Source: Octopus sinensis (Eukaryota). Taken from it: a DNA stretch of 64,000 bases. A program made the translations under genes and the position numbers. The stretch covers positions 61,690,001 through 61,754,000 of the forward strand of contig NC_043003.1 in assembly GCF_006345805.1 (NCBI RefSeq). The letters run 5' to 3'. Under the pieces are notes generated by a model. That model was not told where the DNA came from. It ran no database searches and saw nothing but the letters and a program-made list of their open reading frames with translations. Shown here piece after piece: positions 63,837 to 64,000 of this stretch. Within the stretch, counting starts at the first letter, position 1; each line of letters begins with the position of its first letter.

Positions 63837-64000
63837 ATATATATATAGGCGCAGGAGTGGCTGTGTGGTAAGTAGCTTGCTAACCAACCACATGGTTCTG
63901 GGTTCAGTCTCACTGCGTGGCATCTTGGGCAAGTGTCTTCTGCTACAGCCCCGGCCGACCAATGCCTTGTGAGTGGATTTGGTAGACGGAAACTGAAAGA
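63498..64000. mobile_element. Head-to-head pair of SINE heads (63498-63658 minus, 63848-64000 plus) around (TA)n
   Basis: The two heads are near reverse complements and share diagnostic variants. Confidence 0.9.

Noticed and set aside
147-64000. ORFs in the six-frame track (poly-IY, HT, YLS, T, E and SINE-derived peptides)
   Set aside because: They are translations of microsatellites and repeats; only the RTE, Gypsy and Tc1 relic frames have recognisable motifs

Overview
AT-rich eukaryotic, repeat-dominated window with no protein-coding gene I can confidently identify. The ORF track is almost entirely microsatellite or repeat artefact. The repeat families look like octopus/coleoid cephalopod families (inference from recognition, not a database search). 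Contents: many copies of a modular tRNA/CORE-type SINE with two alternative tails, Meta-domain-like SINEs, tRNA-Arg-like SINEs, a 2.1 kb 5'-truncated RTE LINE whose RT carries an inserted C4HC3 (PHD-type) finger and whose 3' UTR holds a GC-rich VNTR, and relics of Tc1/mariner, hAT, piggyBac-like, Gypsy, Helitron and Penelope elements. The most notable system is a set of type I hammerhead ribozymes (HHR). Three sequence-unrelated 440-550 bp fold-back (palindromic) elements sit beside (TA)n tracts and carry one HHR per arm (37.8-38.4, 38.8-39.3, 58.9-59.3 kb). A fourth HHR lies just downstream of a Penelope GIY-YIG endonuclease C-terminus (14.5-14.9 kb), and a fifth degenerate one is at 1.25 kb. 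Repeat boundaries were read by eye and are approximate unless a TSD or TIR is quoted.
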